A DNA stretch of 63,994 bases, counting the filler, from Sphacelaria rigidula (Eukaryota): assembly GCA_964200075.2 (NCBI GenBank). It is 4 parts of 4 records of this genome, joined end to end, with 100 filler letters (N's around TTAATTAATTAA, not from the genome) between each part and the next. Parts side by side here need not be neighbours in the genome. Positions count along the whole stretch, not along the records: positions 48,279 to 63,994 come from CAXNAA020001626.1; 3 more parts are not named here. One strand, written 5' to 3'. The notes below the pieces were generated by a model, which saw only the letters and a program-made list of their open reading frames with translations, did not search any database and had not been told where the DNA came from. Each line of letters starts with the position of its first letter. Position 1 is the stretch's first letter. A program made the position numbers and the translations under genes. Of this stretch, positions 48,961 through 60,600 are shown in pieces.

Positions 48961-49286
48961 CGCAACTTTGCCCTGGAACGGTCTCGCGTAGAGCAAGTCA
49001 TTCGAAGGTGTCAACATCGGCCCAGCCCTCTTTTCGGTCATAAAACGAAGGAGGCCCAAAAGTCTTCGGTTAACCAAGTTAGAGATTCCGACAGTATACT
49101 CAGATACTGTACTGTCACCAGGTTTTGGTTTCATCATGTTTGCGATTGCAAGTGATTACCAAATTTCCGTCGTGGGTGTGCTCGTGGTTTGGGTTTCATT
49201 GATCTACTTACTGTCGGTAGGCAGACCCAAGCACACTCCGCCTCACGCCTCTACGTCTTGTGTGCCCTGCTTCACGATTCTCGCAG

Positions 49287-51078
49287 ATCGCTGACATCCG
49301 CGCTCGAAGCGCAGGGCATATCCACCGCATCTAGGGGCCTCCAGCGCCCGGATTTTGGAGGGCGGGTACGAGTCAACTACCCGCCGAAACGCGACGAACA
49401 CGACGGTGCCCGATGTAGACTGCGTGCCGGGGACGAGATTGCCAGACCGACAAGTAGTAGCGGGGGCGACGTGTCAACGTGGATGCACGGGATTTATCTC
49501 GGGGACGAGCAGGTACGTACGGAGTACGCGGCTGTTTATTACGTTGCTAAAGGCCATCGGGATTCAATTCCAAGGGATCCCGTGGGACTTCAGGTGTACC
49601 AAGGACAAGGCGCATAAATGAACCTTTGCAGGTGGTACCTGTATCCCTATACTTCAGTCCTGCGCTGTGCTTTGATGCAGTAGTGTAGTCACCGTTGGAA
49701 TGTTGGATTTACTGGAGTGTGAGAACATCGAAAGATTTGTCAAACTAACCTGGATTTCAATCATTGTACAGCTCATCAGTCAGCTTTTCATCCTGGACGG
49801 AGGAAATAATATCCTCCATGACTGACATTTTTTCACATCATTGTACGCATATGACTTCCACCGTCAGCTGTCATCAGTCAGTATCATGGGGTCCGCGACA
49901 AATACCTCACTGAGAAACTGATGCATATGGCAGAATGGCAGATTCGATATACCGAGTTTCCTACGTTTTTGCGAACAATATGTGTGCCCTTTCTTCGTGT
50001 TTTACATGTTTAGCTGGCGTTCGAGAATGGGTACCTGTAGACAACGTTGAAAGCAAAGTCGATTACATGACACACTCTTCACTTTCGTGTCATCGAGGCT
50101 GTGCGGAGTAAAATCCTGTACTCGGGGGATATTTTTTACCGCAGTTGGTCTCAAGGTAAGGTTTTCGACTGTAGCGCAATCAGTAGTCAGACTACTTTTC
50201 ACGATCGGGATTGGTTGAACTCAGCGAAAATATAAAAGAGAAGAAAAACCTTGGGCTTGGAAACTCGTAGGGACCCCAACGACCGGTTAGCACCGCATGT
50301 CGTTCAAAACTGGTCCCAGCGATGATTTTGTTTTTCCGACTTTGCGTCCAGTGCGATAAATAGTATATCTTGCTAATATCTCGTAGTCATTCGATCCCCA
50401 AATGTTATCATACATTTCCGTGATGAGTCTGGATGCACGAAAAAGCTGCAAAATCGCTTCCAACCGATGATATTTCACCCAGTCGTTGCCTCAGTACAAT
50501 ACACGATGGTACCACGGCGTGTCACAAATTCGTCTGACTGTGCCGTGGAGGAGGTGTCGCTCAAAGACTCAGGAGTTCGGTAGATCTACAGTACCCCCTC
50601 TCCCGTCTGATTCACCACCACGGCGTCACTCCCAGATTTTAGTGCCCCTTGCACGCTGGAGCTTCTTCACTACTATCTCCCTTCCTCACTCGGTGCTCAA
50701 CCCCAATGTATCTCCTCATCTCTGCCTATCCAGGTATGCTTCCGGCATGATCCCACCGTACCTCCAGAGGAAGTATCAATGACTGAGTTTTTGGGCGGGG
50801 AAAGCTTCGTGGAGGTCATCTTGTACACGGGCGACTGTGATCAAGCCAGGAGAGACACAGCAACAACAGCGCGCATGGCGGCGCAGACGGAGTACTGGAC
50901 AGAGGGACCTTCGACGTGCCGGCACTTGCTTGGTTCTAGCTCGGAGCACTTCGCAGCGTTCTGTCGCACGGGGCAGGCGCATGGTTTTGCTCCCTTTAGA
51001 GCCGTGGCGAAAGCTGCACGAAGTGTGTTCTGGGGCATGGCAGATAGCGCATCCCAATCAGCAGCTTACAGCTACTGA
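49287..51078 (+). CDS. LRAT/NC-domain (permuted NlpC/P60) protein, last two exons; catalytic Cys replaced by Ser
   Basis: Exons 49287-49512 and 50734-51078 join in phase 0: ...LRAGDEIAR...WMHGIYLGDEQ|VCFRH...EVSMTEFLGG...RHLLGSSSEHFAAFCRTG..., matching the LRAT H-box (HxGIYxGD) and NC-box (NCEHFxxxCRTG). Upstream exons not found. Confidence 0.8.
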
Positions 51079-52700
51079 GCGCTGTTGAGTATACATGAGA
51101 TAGTGTTGTTTGGGGCTGGTATTCCTGTGGCCGAAAACTCCTCCTGGAGTGCACGAATAATAGGTGGCCGGCCCTGTCTTTACGCGTAGTATTGCGGTTG
51201 GGGTTTATTCAAAATTGCGACAGCCTCAAGCAGGAGCGGGGTGTTCGGGCCCTTGTGGACTAGCTTGAACGTGTACGTGTGGCGTCGCAGCCTACTCTTC
51301 TGACATCATGTTATATCTGTTGCGTAGGATCCACAGATACAGGCGTTTCGTATGTACGTAGTGAATCCACTGTGTCCGTTGGGGTTGAGTAGTTCTTAGT
51401 TAATTGTGATGAGTATAAGTACAAAATTCGCACGTGAATTTAGGTTTTGCCAAGTGCTGTATGTTTTTATTGCGTGTTTTGTCCTCGCAAGCGCGTTACG
51501 CGTGCATGAGGAGCTACAGACCATGTTGTCGTGCGAGACCGATCTTGGTCCCAAATCAGCATTTTTGCTTGTACACGACAGCGTAAAATACTCTAGTCGT
51601 GGGAGTGTTTGCAGTCGGCCGCACGGCTGTGTTGTTCGCGTACACTTGACAGCCGAGCCTCCTCGTGCTACATGCGTGCTGAATGAAAGGTATCATTATT
51701 TGGTGGCGACTTGTATACGCCCAGTATTGGGACGAATTCACGGCGTGTAGTAAGTGCATGTATTGGGGATGGGGGAACGTCCTTTTTGGCCGCTGCACTT
51801 GTCGCAACAACGATGAGCGGTACTAGAATGTTGTTTTTTTCATTCAACCCTTGCTGCTATGGATAGCCTCTCGTTCTCGTGGACGAAACACCTAGGTGTC
51901 AAGGCGTGTGAAACCTTTCGTACGCTGTTCCTCGTATGAGCACAAAGTCAAACGGGTGGAAGATTGAACTGAGATATGGCTGCATGCAGTTCAACTTGCC
52001 TAGTCGAGGGAGAAAAGTGAAGGTTGGGTAGGTGGGTGCATGTCGTACATAGCAAAATCCGCTACACAGTAGAAGTGTAAATACACCGTGAATTTGCCCA
52101 ATAACATACTTCTTTTATGTCTACGCCAAGGGTGCCCGCACACTGGAATCTCGGATACCTTGAGTCCCCCCCCCCCCTCGGAGGGAGCTTCTTTGGACTT
52201 CGTCGAGACACGAAAGGTGTCCGAAAAGTGAGCAGTACTTTCTTTGAATTTCCAATGGTTCACGCGTGTGTACTTCATATATAATTCATGTAAGAAAATG
52301 CAGTACCGTGCACCTTTTGTTTCCATTACTGCTGTGGCTTTAGTCCGTACCTGACATTGTTTTCGTGAGATTGAGAGTCGACGATACGATTGAGAGTGGA
52401 AAGCGGTTCATTAGTGAATGCATCGTTTCAGTTCCGAAAGGCCCCCTTCACGAGGCCCGATATGCTTTCTGTAGTAGCTTGCCACTGATGCCCTTGATGC
52501 CCCTGAGTAGGATATCGACGTGTAGCTGTAAGCACACGCTGGTGATGGAGGCAAAGAACAGCGCACGCGGAATGCAAATATGGATAGGTTGAAGCGAATT
52601 ACCAAAGCCACTCTCATTCAGCGCTCTACTCTCCATCTCGCGAAAACGTTACCTGTAAATTATACTTGGGCCGTGTCTCAGCATATTATTTTTCATGGAA

Positions 52701-52849
52701 AATGTGCGGTGGAAAAGAAAAACTCCGATCTGACAAGTGACGATTTCTCTGGTGAGTGGTGATTTCTTAGATGTGCGATGAAAAAGGAAAACTCCAATAG
52801 AAGAAATCATCACCCATCAGATCGGAGTTTTCCTTTTCCACCGCACATT
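52701..52849. repeat. Inverted repeat with ~48-bp arms (MITE-like)
   Basis: AATGTGCGGTGGAAAAGAAAAACTCCGATCTGA...(52701-52748) pairs with ...TCAGATCGGAGTTTTCCTTTTCCACCGCACATT (52802-52849). Confidence 0.85.
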
Positions 52850-53860
52850 GTCGATATGAAAAAATGGGCCACGACCCGCCCTTACATTGAAAACCAAACG
52901 TATAGACGTGTCTTCAACTTCGATGCCTTCATGAACAAGCAGGTGTAAGTGAAAGGTGTGACGGTTTAGGAGATAACCAACTAGACGACTGATTAGTCAG
53001 CGCTGACTGGCCAGTAGTCTAGTTGGCTGTCTCTTAAACCGTCACAAAAGTTAGTCGCTGGTGCGATTCCCGTTGGATGCACTTTCAATGAAGGAGAATG
53101 AGGAGAGAAAACCTCGGTAAAAAATTGGCTAGGTAACCCAAAGGACGTGAAGGGGACGGGCCGAGGGATGCTGAGGCATGTGTCAATGATGGACACCGAC
53201 GTGACTGCGACACGTCAACACGTTCGATATGCAGTCGAAATTTCTCTCAGAACTAGTGGCCACGATGCACCCTTCCTTGAATCAACTCCCAGTTGATGGA
53301 GCCGAAGCAGTTCTTACAATCACCACTGATTCCACCCTTAAACAGCGATCGTTGCCTCAGAACAGTTTCACAGCCGACAGTTCAGGAATATCCGGAGGTT
53401 TCCAGGTGGGGGTGGGAAGTGGTTTTTGACGGAGCGATGGGGGCCTCTTCGCAGAACAGTCGAAAAGCTCACCAAGTCAACCAAGTGTGTTTGGAATCCA
53501 ATTCCCGAGGCCGAAGAGGAGGGAAATGGCCCTTTTTACCGATCATGGCTATCACAATGGCGGCTTTGTTCCCCTACAGGTGGACTGCAGATGAACTTCG
53601 TTTTCTAGCCGTACTTCTTGTTTTGGCCATGACAATGCCATCATATATCACATGGACACATATGACGTGATTTTTACTCTGCTCGTGGTCTATACCGGCT
53701 GCCTGACCCCTCATGTGTTGCCACCATAGCTTCACACTGCCTGTAGTGTTGTGGAACAGTACAAGAGGTATCTGAAACTCGAGGTTCTTGATATATACTA
53801 TTTTTAATTACCGTGAAATATACCGGGAATCTCGAGTTTGAGATTCCTCTACTATGCCAA

Positions 53861-54306
53861 GAACAGCCGATCATCGCAATCGAGGATAGAGCTTTTCATT
53901 GAGGATGAGAACCCGGAGGATTAAAATCTTCGTATCCACAACAAATCTTCGAAGTATGGTTCTATTCTTCCCTCTACTGGTGGCTATTGACAAGTACTAC
54001 ACGTCAGACAAATTTGGATTTCGATCACCGAAATGTTGGGGTCCTGGGTGAAAAACCGATTTCGAGGAATATCGGCCATCCGATCGGATCGACTAAATTC
54101 CCAAATTTGTTTTGTCATCTAGGACCACAACATTTTCGTTATTCATGTCCAAATTTGTAGGGCGTGTAGCAGTTGTCAATAGCTACCAGTAGGTGAAGGA
54201 ATGGAAACATATTTTGAAGATTTGGTGTGAATACGAATATTTTAATTAATCCGGGTCATCATCCTCAATGAAAAGCTCCATCATCAATTTCGATGATCTG
54301 CTGTTC
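53861..54306. repeat. 446-bp imperfect palindrome (foldback)
   Basis: Symmetric about ATCCGATCGGAT (54078-54089). Example arm pairs: GAGCTTTTCATTGAGGATGA/TCATCCTCAATGAAAAGCTC, CTACTGGTGGCTATTGACAA/TTGTCAATAGCTACCAGTAG, ACAAATTTGGA/TCCAAATTTGT. Confidence 0.92.
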
Positions 54307-54601
54307 AAGACATCAACAGCACGCATTAGACTGTTCAGTGGGGAGCGATGGCACGCTGACCATTTCTTGTCGTTGTATCCATAGTAGACATATAGCACAC
54401 ATACTGACTCTGCACGCAATGGGCTTCAGGGTAAAAACCGGTCAAGGGTTCTCCGGGACTACCTTCTGTATAGATCTCCAACATCCACATTCTCATGAGA
54501 GAGGCGCCTTGTGCAGCGAGAAAACAACTGCTTAGGATCCCAGATATGATGTAGTCCATCTGAGTCCATTGGAGGGGGGTTCGCCGTCTAAGGGTTACCT
54601 C

Positions 54602-57600
54602 CTAGCCATTTCCGGCGTCAGTGCGGTTCTCGGAGATTTCCTGTAATATTCCCACGACGTATGCGGGACCTTTGCCCTTGAAACCGATTTCGTAGTCCGC
54701 TCCTTTGGGATAGTTCCCCGGAGTTCCGCAAGTTACCCCGTCGAACGACCAGCCGTCGGGAAAATTAGCTGCAGTAACAACGCCCACAACCACGCGATAA
54801 GAGCGCCAGCCCAACAACGGCACATAGAGCACGGGACAGAGGCAAACGCGCGGTTTTGAGGTGTGAGAAGGAAAATCATTTGCAGTCTCTCACGGTCAGG
54901 TAGCCCTTTAACGGGATATTTTTTCACAGCAGAGGTTTGACACCTGGGTGGGAAAGGAAGGAAGATGAACAGGGATGAGGGGGGGGAGAAATGCGTGAAG
55001 CCGTGAGGGTACCACCGCACACAGCAACTAGGGAGATCTGCTGAGGTATTTTTACATCTGAAATGAGCCTATCGAGCTCAATAGCAAAATATGTACGGGG
55101 CGTCAGGAGATTGTAGAAATACCTCTCAGCTTTTGTCTAGTATTCGTGTGCCCGGGCACACGTCGTGTGCAATATAAAATGCGAGATTCTGCAAGTGGCC
55201 GGCCTGGTGTATCGGACGTCCATGCTCTCAGGCAACGGCACGATCAAAAGGGGCTACACGTAATAGACTCAGCAAAGGTCAGAGGTCGGGAAAAGGTATG
55301 CCATGTGACTTTTCGCTCATGTATTGTGCGGCGATTTAGCGGGGTTCTCCTCCAAGGCATCGCCGCAAACATGCTGGGATGTTTTCCTGCTCCGTATGTA
55401 CCGCAAAAAACAAGTACTGAACAAGCAGGGTGATGCTTAGCAGCGTCACAAAGTTTCGGACAATCCAGCAAAGCTAGGCTGTATCATAAAAAGCCCCCAA
55501 AACAACAAGGAATACTCACTCTCCTCTGCTTTGTTCGGGGGTGATCTTAATTTGCCCATTATGTACATCTCTTGGGTACTGGCATATCTCTTGTGTCCAC
55601 CTACTGTCAATATGGTCAACGTTAGCAATGTAATCGTCATCAGCGCCAATTGTTTCCTCGTTGAACACATGGCCCAAGCATGGCATATATCCTACACATG
55701 CGCGGACGGGCACCCGTTACTCTACACACAACAAACCCATACACAACGTACGCTGCCCCTGCTCTGTACTGCGTAACCAGTATCCACTGGTAGGCTTAGC
55801 ATCAATCGACAGGGATGGATACCGCATTATTGAATACCCATACGTATAGGTGTTGCGCATAAGCAGCCGTAACTTGTTGCACCGATCCGCCGCTGTCATA
55901 GGTCGATTAGTTATCGTGGTAGCGGGGGCGACCCACGACATGCCATTCACAATGATCATTTGATTTGGACTCGCCGCGAGGATGCACCTTGCTGACCATG
56001 TCGCCGTCCCAAACGGTGGGAAATGAAACGCTAGAATACACCCTTTTTCCTGGCCAGAGTCATGCTACGATAGGGAGGGGGGGGGGGGTATTTTGGGCCG
56101 TTTTCTTTCACGAAGTTCTGCTTGCAATAGTCGTTGATAGCAGCAACGGCAGTTCGAACACGCTTGCTTCCAATTCGTAACGTTCATTCGTACTGTTTGA
56201 CATCGCTTTTATCTAAATACAAGCGCACCGCGCACCGCGAGTGTGTTGGGTCTTCTGACGCACCTATGAGCCCATTTTTTCGTGGAATCGAACACCTCCC
56301 CCCCTATTGTAGCATTGTAGCCTGGTGCGGCGAAAATCCGACGTGCTCCGTTCCGGCTTTGAAGGGATGCGAGGTCAATGGTCTCATGACTATGGCATGC
56401 ATGATCATGAGTACACCCCTCCTCCCACCCCTCCCCCCCTATTATAGCATGACTCATCAGTGCTCCAGATATATCATTCATATCGAAAATCACAACCCAG
56501 AAATCCGCACGAGAGCGTTGAGGGTTTTCGCGTACGGCTGTTCACCGGTCACCGATTACTCCATTCATTCCGAGGACAACAATCGATGCACGACGCCCGG
56601 ATACACAGACACATGCCGTGCATATCAAGTTGTGCGTCTTCAAACGCCGAGCCGAAGCTATAAAATATGTCATACTCCACGTCGATGTCAAGAACGCATC
56701 AGTCACCTACAGTGTGGCTGGACCCCCGCCCGCGCGCCATATACCACGGGCCACGGACATGACAACCGATGCGACCACGAATTTCGAAGAGCTGGAATGA
56801 ACAAGCAGAAAAGTGACACCGAAACGTGAGCAGAAGTCGGGCCTCATGGGTTATAATGGAGTGTCTACATACGAGTCTAATACTGTTTGCCTTTACCTGC
56901 CATGAACGCCACCGAGTCGTCAGTGCCAAACCTCCATTTCTTCATGATCGCGCTTTCGGATTTGGATGCCCGGTCTACCGAGGCGGCACTCACGAACGTT
57001 GAGCAAAGCGCACTGTTGAGATTTTGGGGTCCGGGGGGGGGGGGGGGGGGAGGCGAGAAAGAGAAGCGCAGGATATCAGATAACATGAAATACAATGCGA
57101 TATGATGAGGATGATTTGGTAGCGACATACAACGTACATCACTATTTCGACAGCTTGACAGTGCAAACACCGGCCGATTGTGAGATGTGACCCCCCCAAA
57201 ACTGCTTCAACCTTCATCATTGCAATGAGATTGGATTTTTGGTGCGTGCTCTCTCTTTAGTGCCAGGTTTCAGTATTGTTTGATGCTAGGAAAACGTCGC
57301 AAACAGAAAGCCTACCTGCCTGGAGAAGAAAGACTGGCCAAGACACGCAGCAAGCTCAGCAGTTCGTGCTCCTCAAGATACCTGGAGCCCAAATATCACG
57401 GAACGCAACCGATGCACGACGGCGGGGGGAGCGGGGAGGACGGGCGGCTTTAACATTAGAGGTTGGTATCCTATTACAACATATCATACGTGATATATGA
57501 TATAACACAAGCATAGCAACATCGCAAAAAAAAACGCGATATCGATATAATATATATATATATATATATCATAAGCAGGTGAGTATACTCATGCGCAAGT

Positions 57601-60600
57601 ACGTTCGCACGTTCCACGTCACGTTCCACGTCCTTGTTTTTACATGATTCTTCTCGCACTGTCGACTGTCGCACACAACAAAAGCGATAGGTCGTTTCAT
57701 GCGCCCGACACTGCTGTCGTCTACTTCAGTCGTAGAGTGCACGTGCACGTGACACCAGTGACCCTCTCGGCGGTGGTCGCCAATGCCTTCTACCGGGGAG
57801 GCGGGTTCAGCAGCAAAAAATGCGGAACACGCGAGCGCGTTCACGGATGAAGCTCGGGGGTCGCCGACAACCGAAACCATCGAACTGACGAATGTCGAAG
57901 AACAGTGCGACCCCGGTGCCGACGCTTCGTCATTTATGGACTGTTGAAAGACCTGCTTCCCAGCAGTACGCAGCTGTACACCCATTGCTAGCAAGTAGTG
58001 AGCTGCCACTGGGGAGAAACCACTGTCCTCACTGGGCCTTTGCTTCGTAGGCTCCTTTTTTTCTTGTTTTTGGGCCTCTGAAAAAAACAAAATGGGGCTC
58101 TTGATTTCTTTTCGGCGCCTCTTCTTTCGTATTCGACCTCAACTGTTCTCTTCGGCTTCTTATTCTATTTTTGGCCTCTGATTTTGTTTTCGGCCCCTGA
58201 AATTTTCTTTCGGCCCCAAACCTTTTTTGCACTCACCAACCAGGCGACAGCCGGCCCCCTGCTCCCAAATATTGATGGATGGTATGGTGTGTGGTGTGTT
58301 GTTATCTGACAGACAGGTAGGCAGCCCGACACGCCCCCTTCAGTCGGTCCCGCGGAAAAGGGCTCCGACAGAAAAAAAAAAAAGCTACCTCGAAAAAAAA
58401 AGGTTCCCGGGGAAGGAAATGAGTTCTAAAAAATACAAAAAAGAATAATAAAAAAAGCCATCTTTGGGTTCCAAAAATAAAAGGTGGACCTTTGGGGCCC
58501 AACCCAACGGAGCAACGGCCCAGTTTTCACCATGGCAAGCTCCCTTGAGCCTAAGCGCATGCTACCCAACTCGCCACAGAGCTATATTCATGGCTCCATG
58601 TTATGTCATTGGCATAGCATAAGATATATATCTATCAATTTAATATATTATCGCTTTTTTATTAGAATATATAATACACCATAAAGTGCGTTTTTCAGCG
58701 TGATACTTATCACTACAGTACGTGGCACCGTTAGTCGTGACTGTATGTCCTCCCGAGCCTGGTCCGGCGAAAACCCGGCGTGCTCCGTCCCGGCTTTGTA
58801 GGGATGCGAGGTCAAGGGTCATATTACTATGGCATCCAAGATCATGAATACACCCCCTGACATCATGGTACTTTGTTTTTTGTTCTTGTTGTCGACCCTT
58901 CCTCTTCCCCGAGACGGCTCCGTAGTCACAAAGGATCGACCAATCTATCCCCCATTATCCGCTCAAGAGCGTTGATTTCGAGAACTGGATGAGCACCCTC
59001 GCACCCCCGTGTGCCCTCCTGCCATCTCGTTACTATTCTCTCGCTCTCCTCGCCCTCTTGCCAAACGACGGAGAACAAACTCTCCTCAAAAAGATCATAT
59101 ATATCGTAGTTCAACCCCACAAGACCCACGATGACTCGCCATAGGTGCACCGCTCGGGCTACCGTTGCCCCGCGGTGCCTTTGTAACAGCTCATGACAGT
59201 ACCATATCAGCACCATGGTGCATTTGATGGAACTTCCACGGGGTACCGCCTGATATCATGGGAGCTTCACGAGAGGTCTATCGTGAATCAGGTCTCCGGG
59301 AAACCCTTGTATGTGCGCCCACCCGTGCAGCATCGTCATCATCGCTATCTGCAGATGTTCTACATACCGGAACCGTTGCTGGTATGCGTAATGGTTTCAT
59401 GCTAACAGGCAGCACCTAACCACCCGTGAGCTCCGTAATGATCCAAACCCAAACCCGAAAGCCTGAACCTCTCCCGAGTGTTGACCTCATACCCATGAAC
59501 CTCTGATGGGCGTGGGTGCGGTGCGCATGCGGCGATATCATACATATGTCACGATACTACCATGGTACTACCCTGAGAGGGTTGCCCACGGAAGTGGCAT
59601 GAGTCTACTTTGAGAGTTCCATGATAGTATCATAATGGTAGGATGGCATAATACGTTCATGGTCCTTCTATTACAGTGACAAGGGACCTTCATGAGGACA
59701 CCTTGGCAGTACAACGGAATCCCCTTGGTACGCCCTACTACTTACACATGAAGGTACCTCGAACGAACTTGGCTATCATGATATTATCATGGCACTATCT
59801 TGGAGGTGGAGGGGAGGGGGGGGGAGCAGAAGCAGGATGGAGAAATATACATATATATATATATATATATATGGAGTATATATATATAATAACTCGAACT
59901 AAATGCTTGTTGGGAAAAAGCACTGCGATCAAGGTGTTGATCAAGTGACGATCAAGGTGTTGATCAAGTGAGAATGAAGATGCTGATCAAGGGAGGATCA
60001 AGGCATTCATCAAGTAAAAAACGAGAGTTTCAATGGCGTGTGTTAATTTCCTCCACAAAAGCAAGCGCCAGTGGGAAGTGTTGGGTTTCGCAACACCAAA
60101 ACACCCTCGGCCAGGAGAGTGGCGGGTTGACTGATTGATTGATTGACTGACTGACCATCCCACATTTAAGCTGATTGCAACAATCCAGCCCGTGGTCAGG
60201 AGCAGCAGAAAAAGAGCAGAAAGAAATGAAGAAACGAAACAGAAAAAGACAGAAGCAATAGCCACGGACAACAAAGAAGAAAGGAAGCAACGACAACAAT
60301 AGCAGCATCATCATCAACAACAACAACAACAACAACAACAACCACACAAACATAAATATAAACATAAACAAGATAACTATCTCGCATTACATAGCTGATT
60401 GCGGGTACAGGCTCAGCATTCCTTGTGGTTTTGCTCACATTGTCAGGCCTTCCAGGATCCATGCACTAGGCAGGCTCCGGTCGAACCCCGCATTGAAGAG
60501 CTCTCCCTCCCAGCCCGGTTGACAGAGATCCGCCTCCACCGCTACCACTTGTGCGCGGCCGGGAGCCCACTCGCCTGACGCACATTCTTCTGGTCCATGC

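Noticed and set aside
22626-51078. A fused SEC63-J / poly-Tudor / LRAT gene (all on +; the donor at 38649 is phase-compatible with the acceptor at 49287)
   Set aside because: The three parts sit on different contigs separated by artificial spacers, so adjacency carries no information.
57569-59216. Minus-strand ORFs 57569-58090 and 58926-59216 as methyltransferase exons
   Set aside because: Exon 60701-60439 joins 57381-57316 directly to give EGLTM-YL with no gap in the family motif, so these ORFs are intronic.
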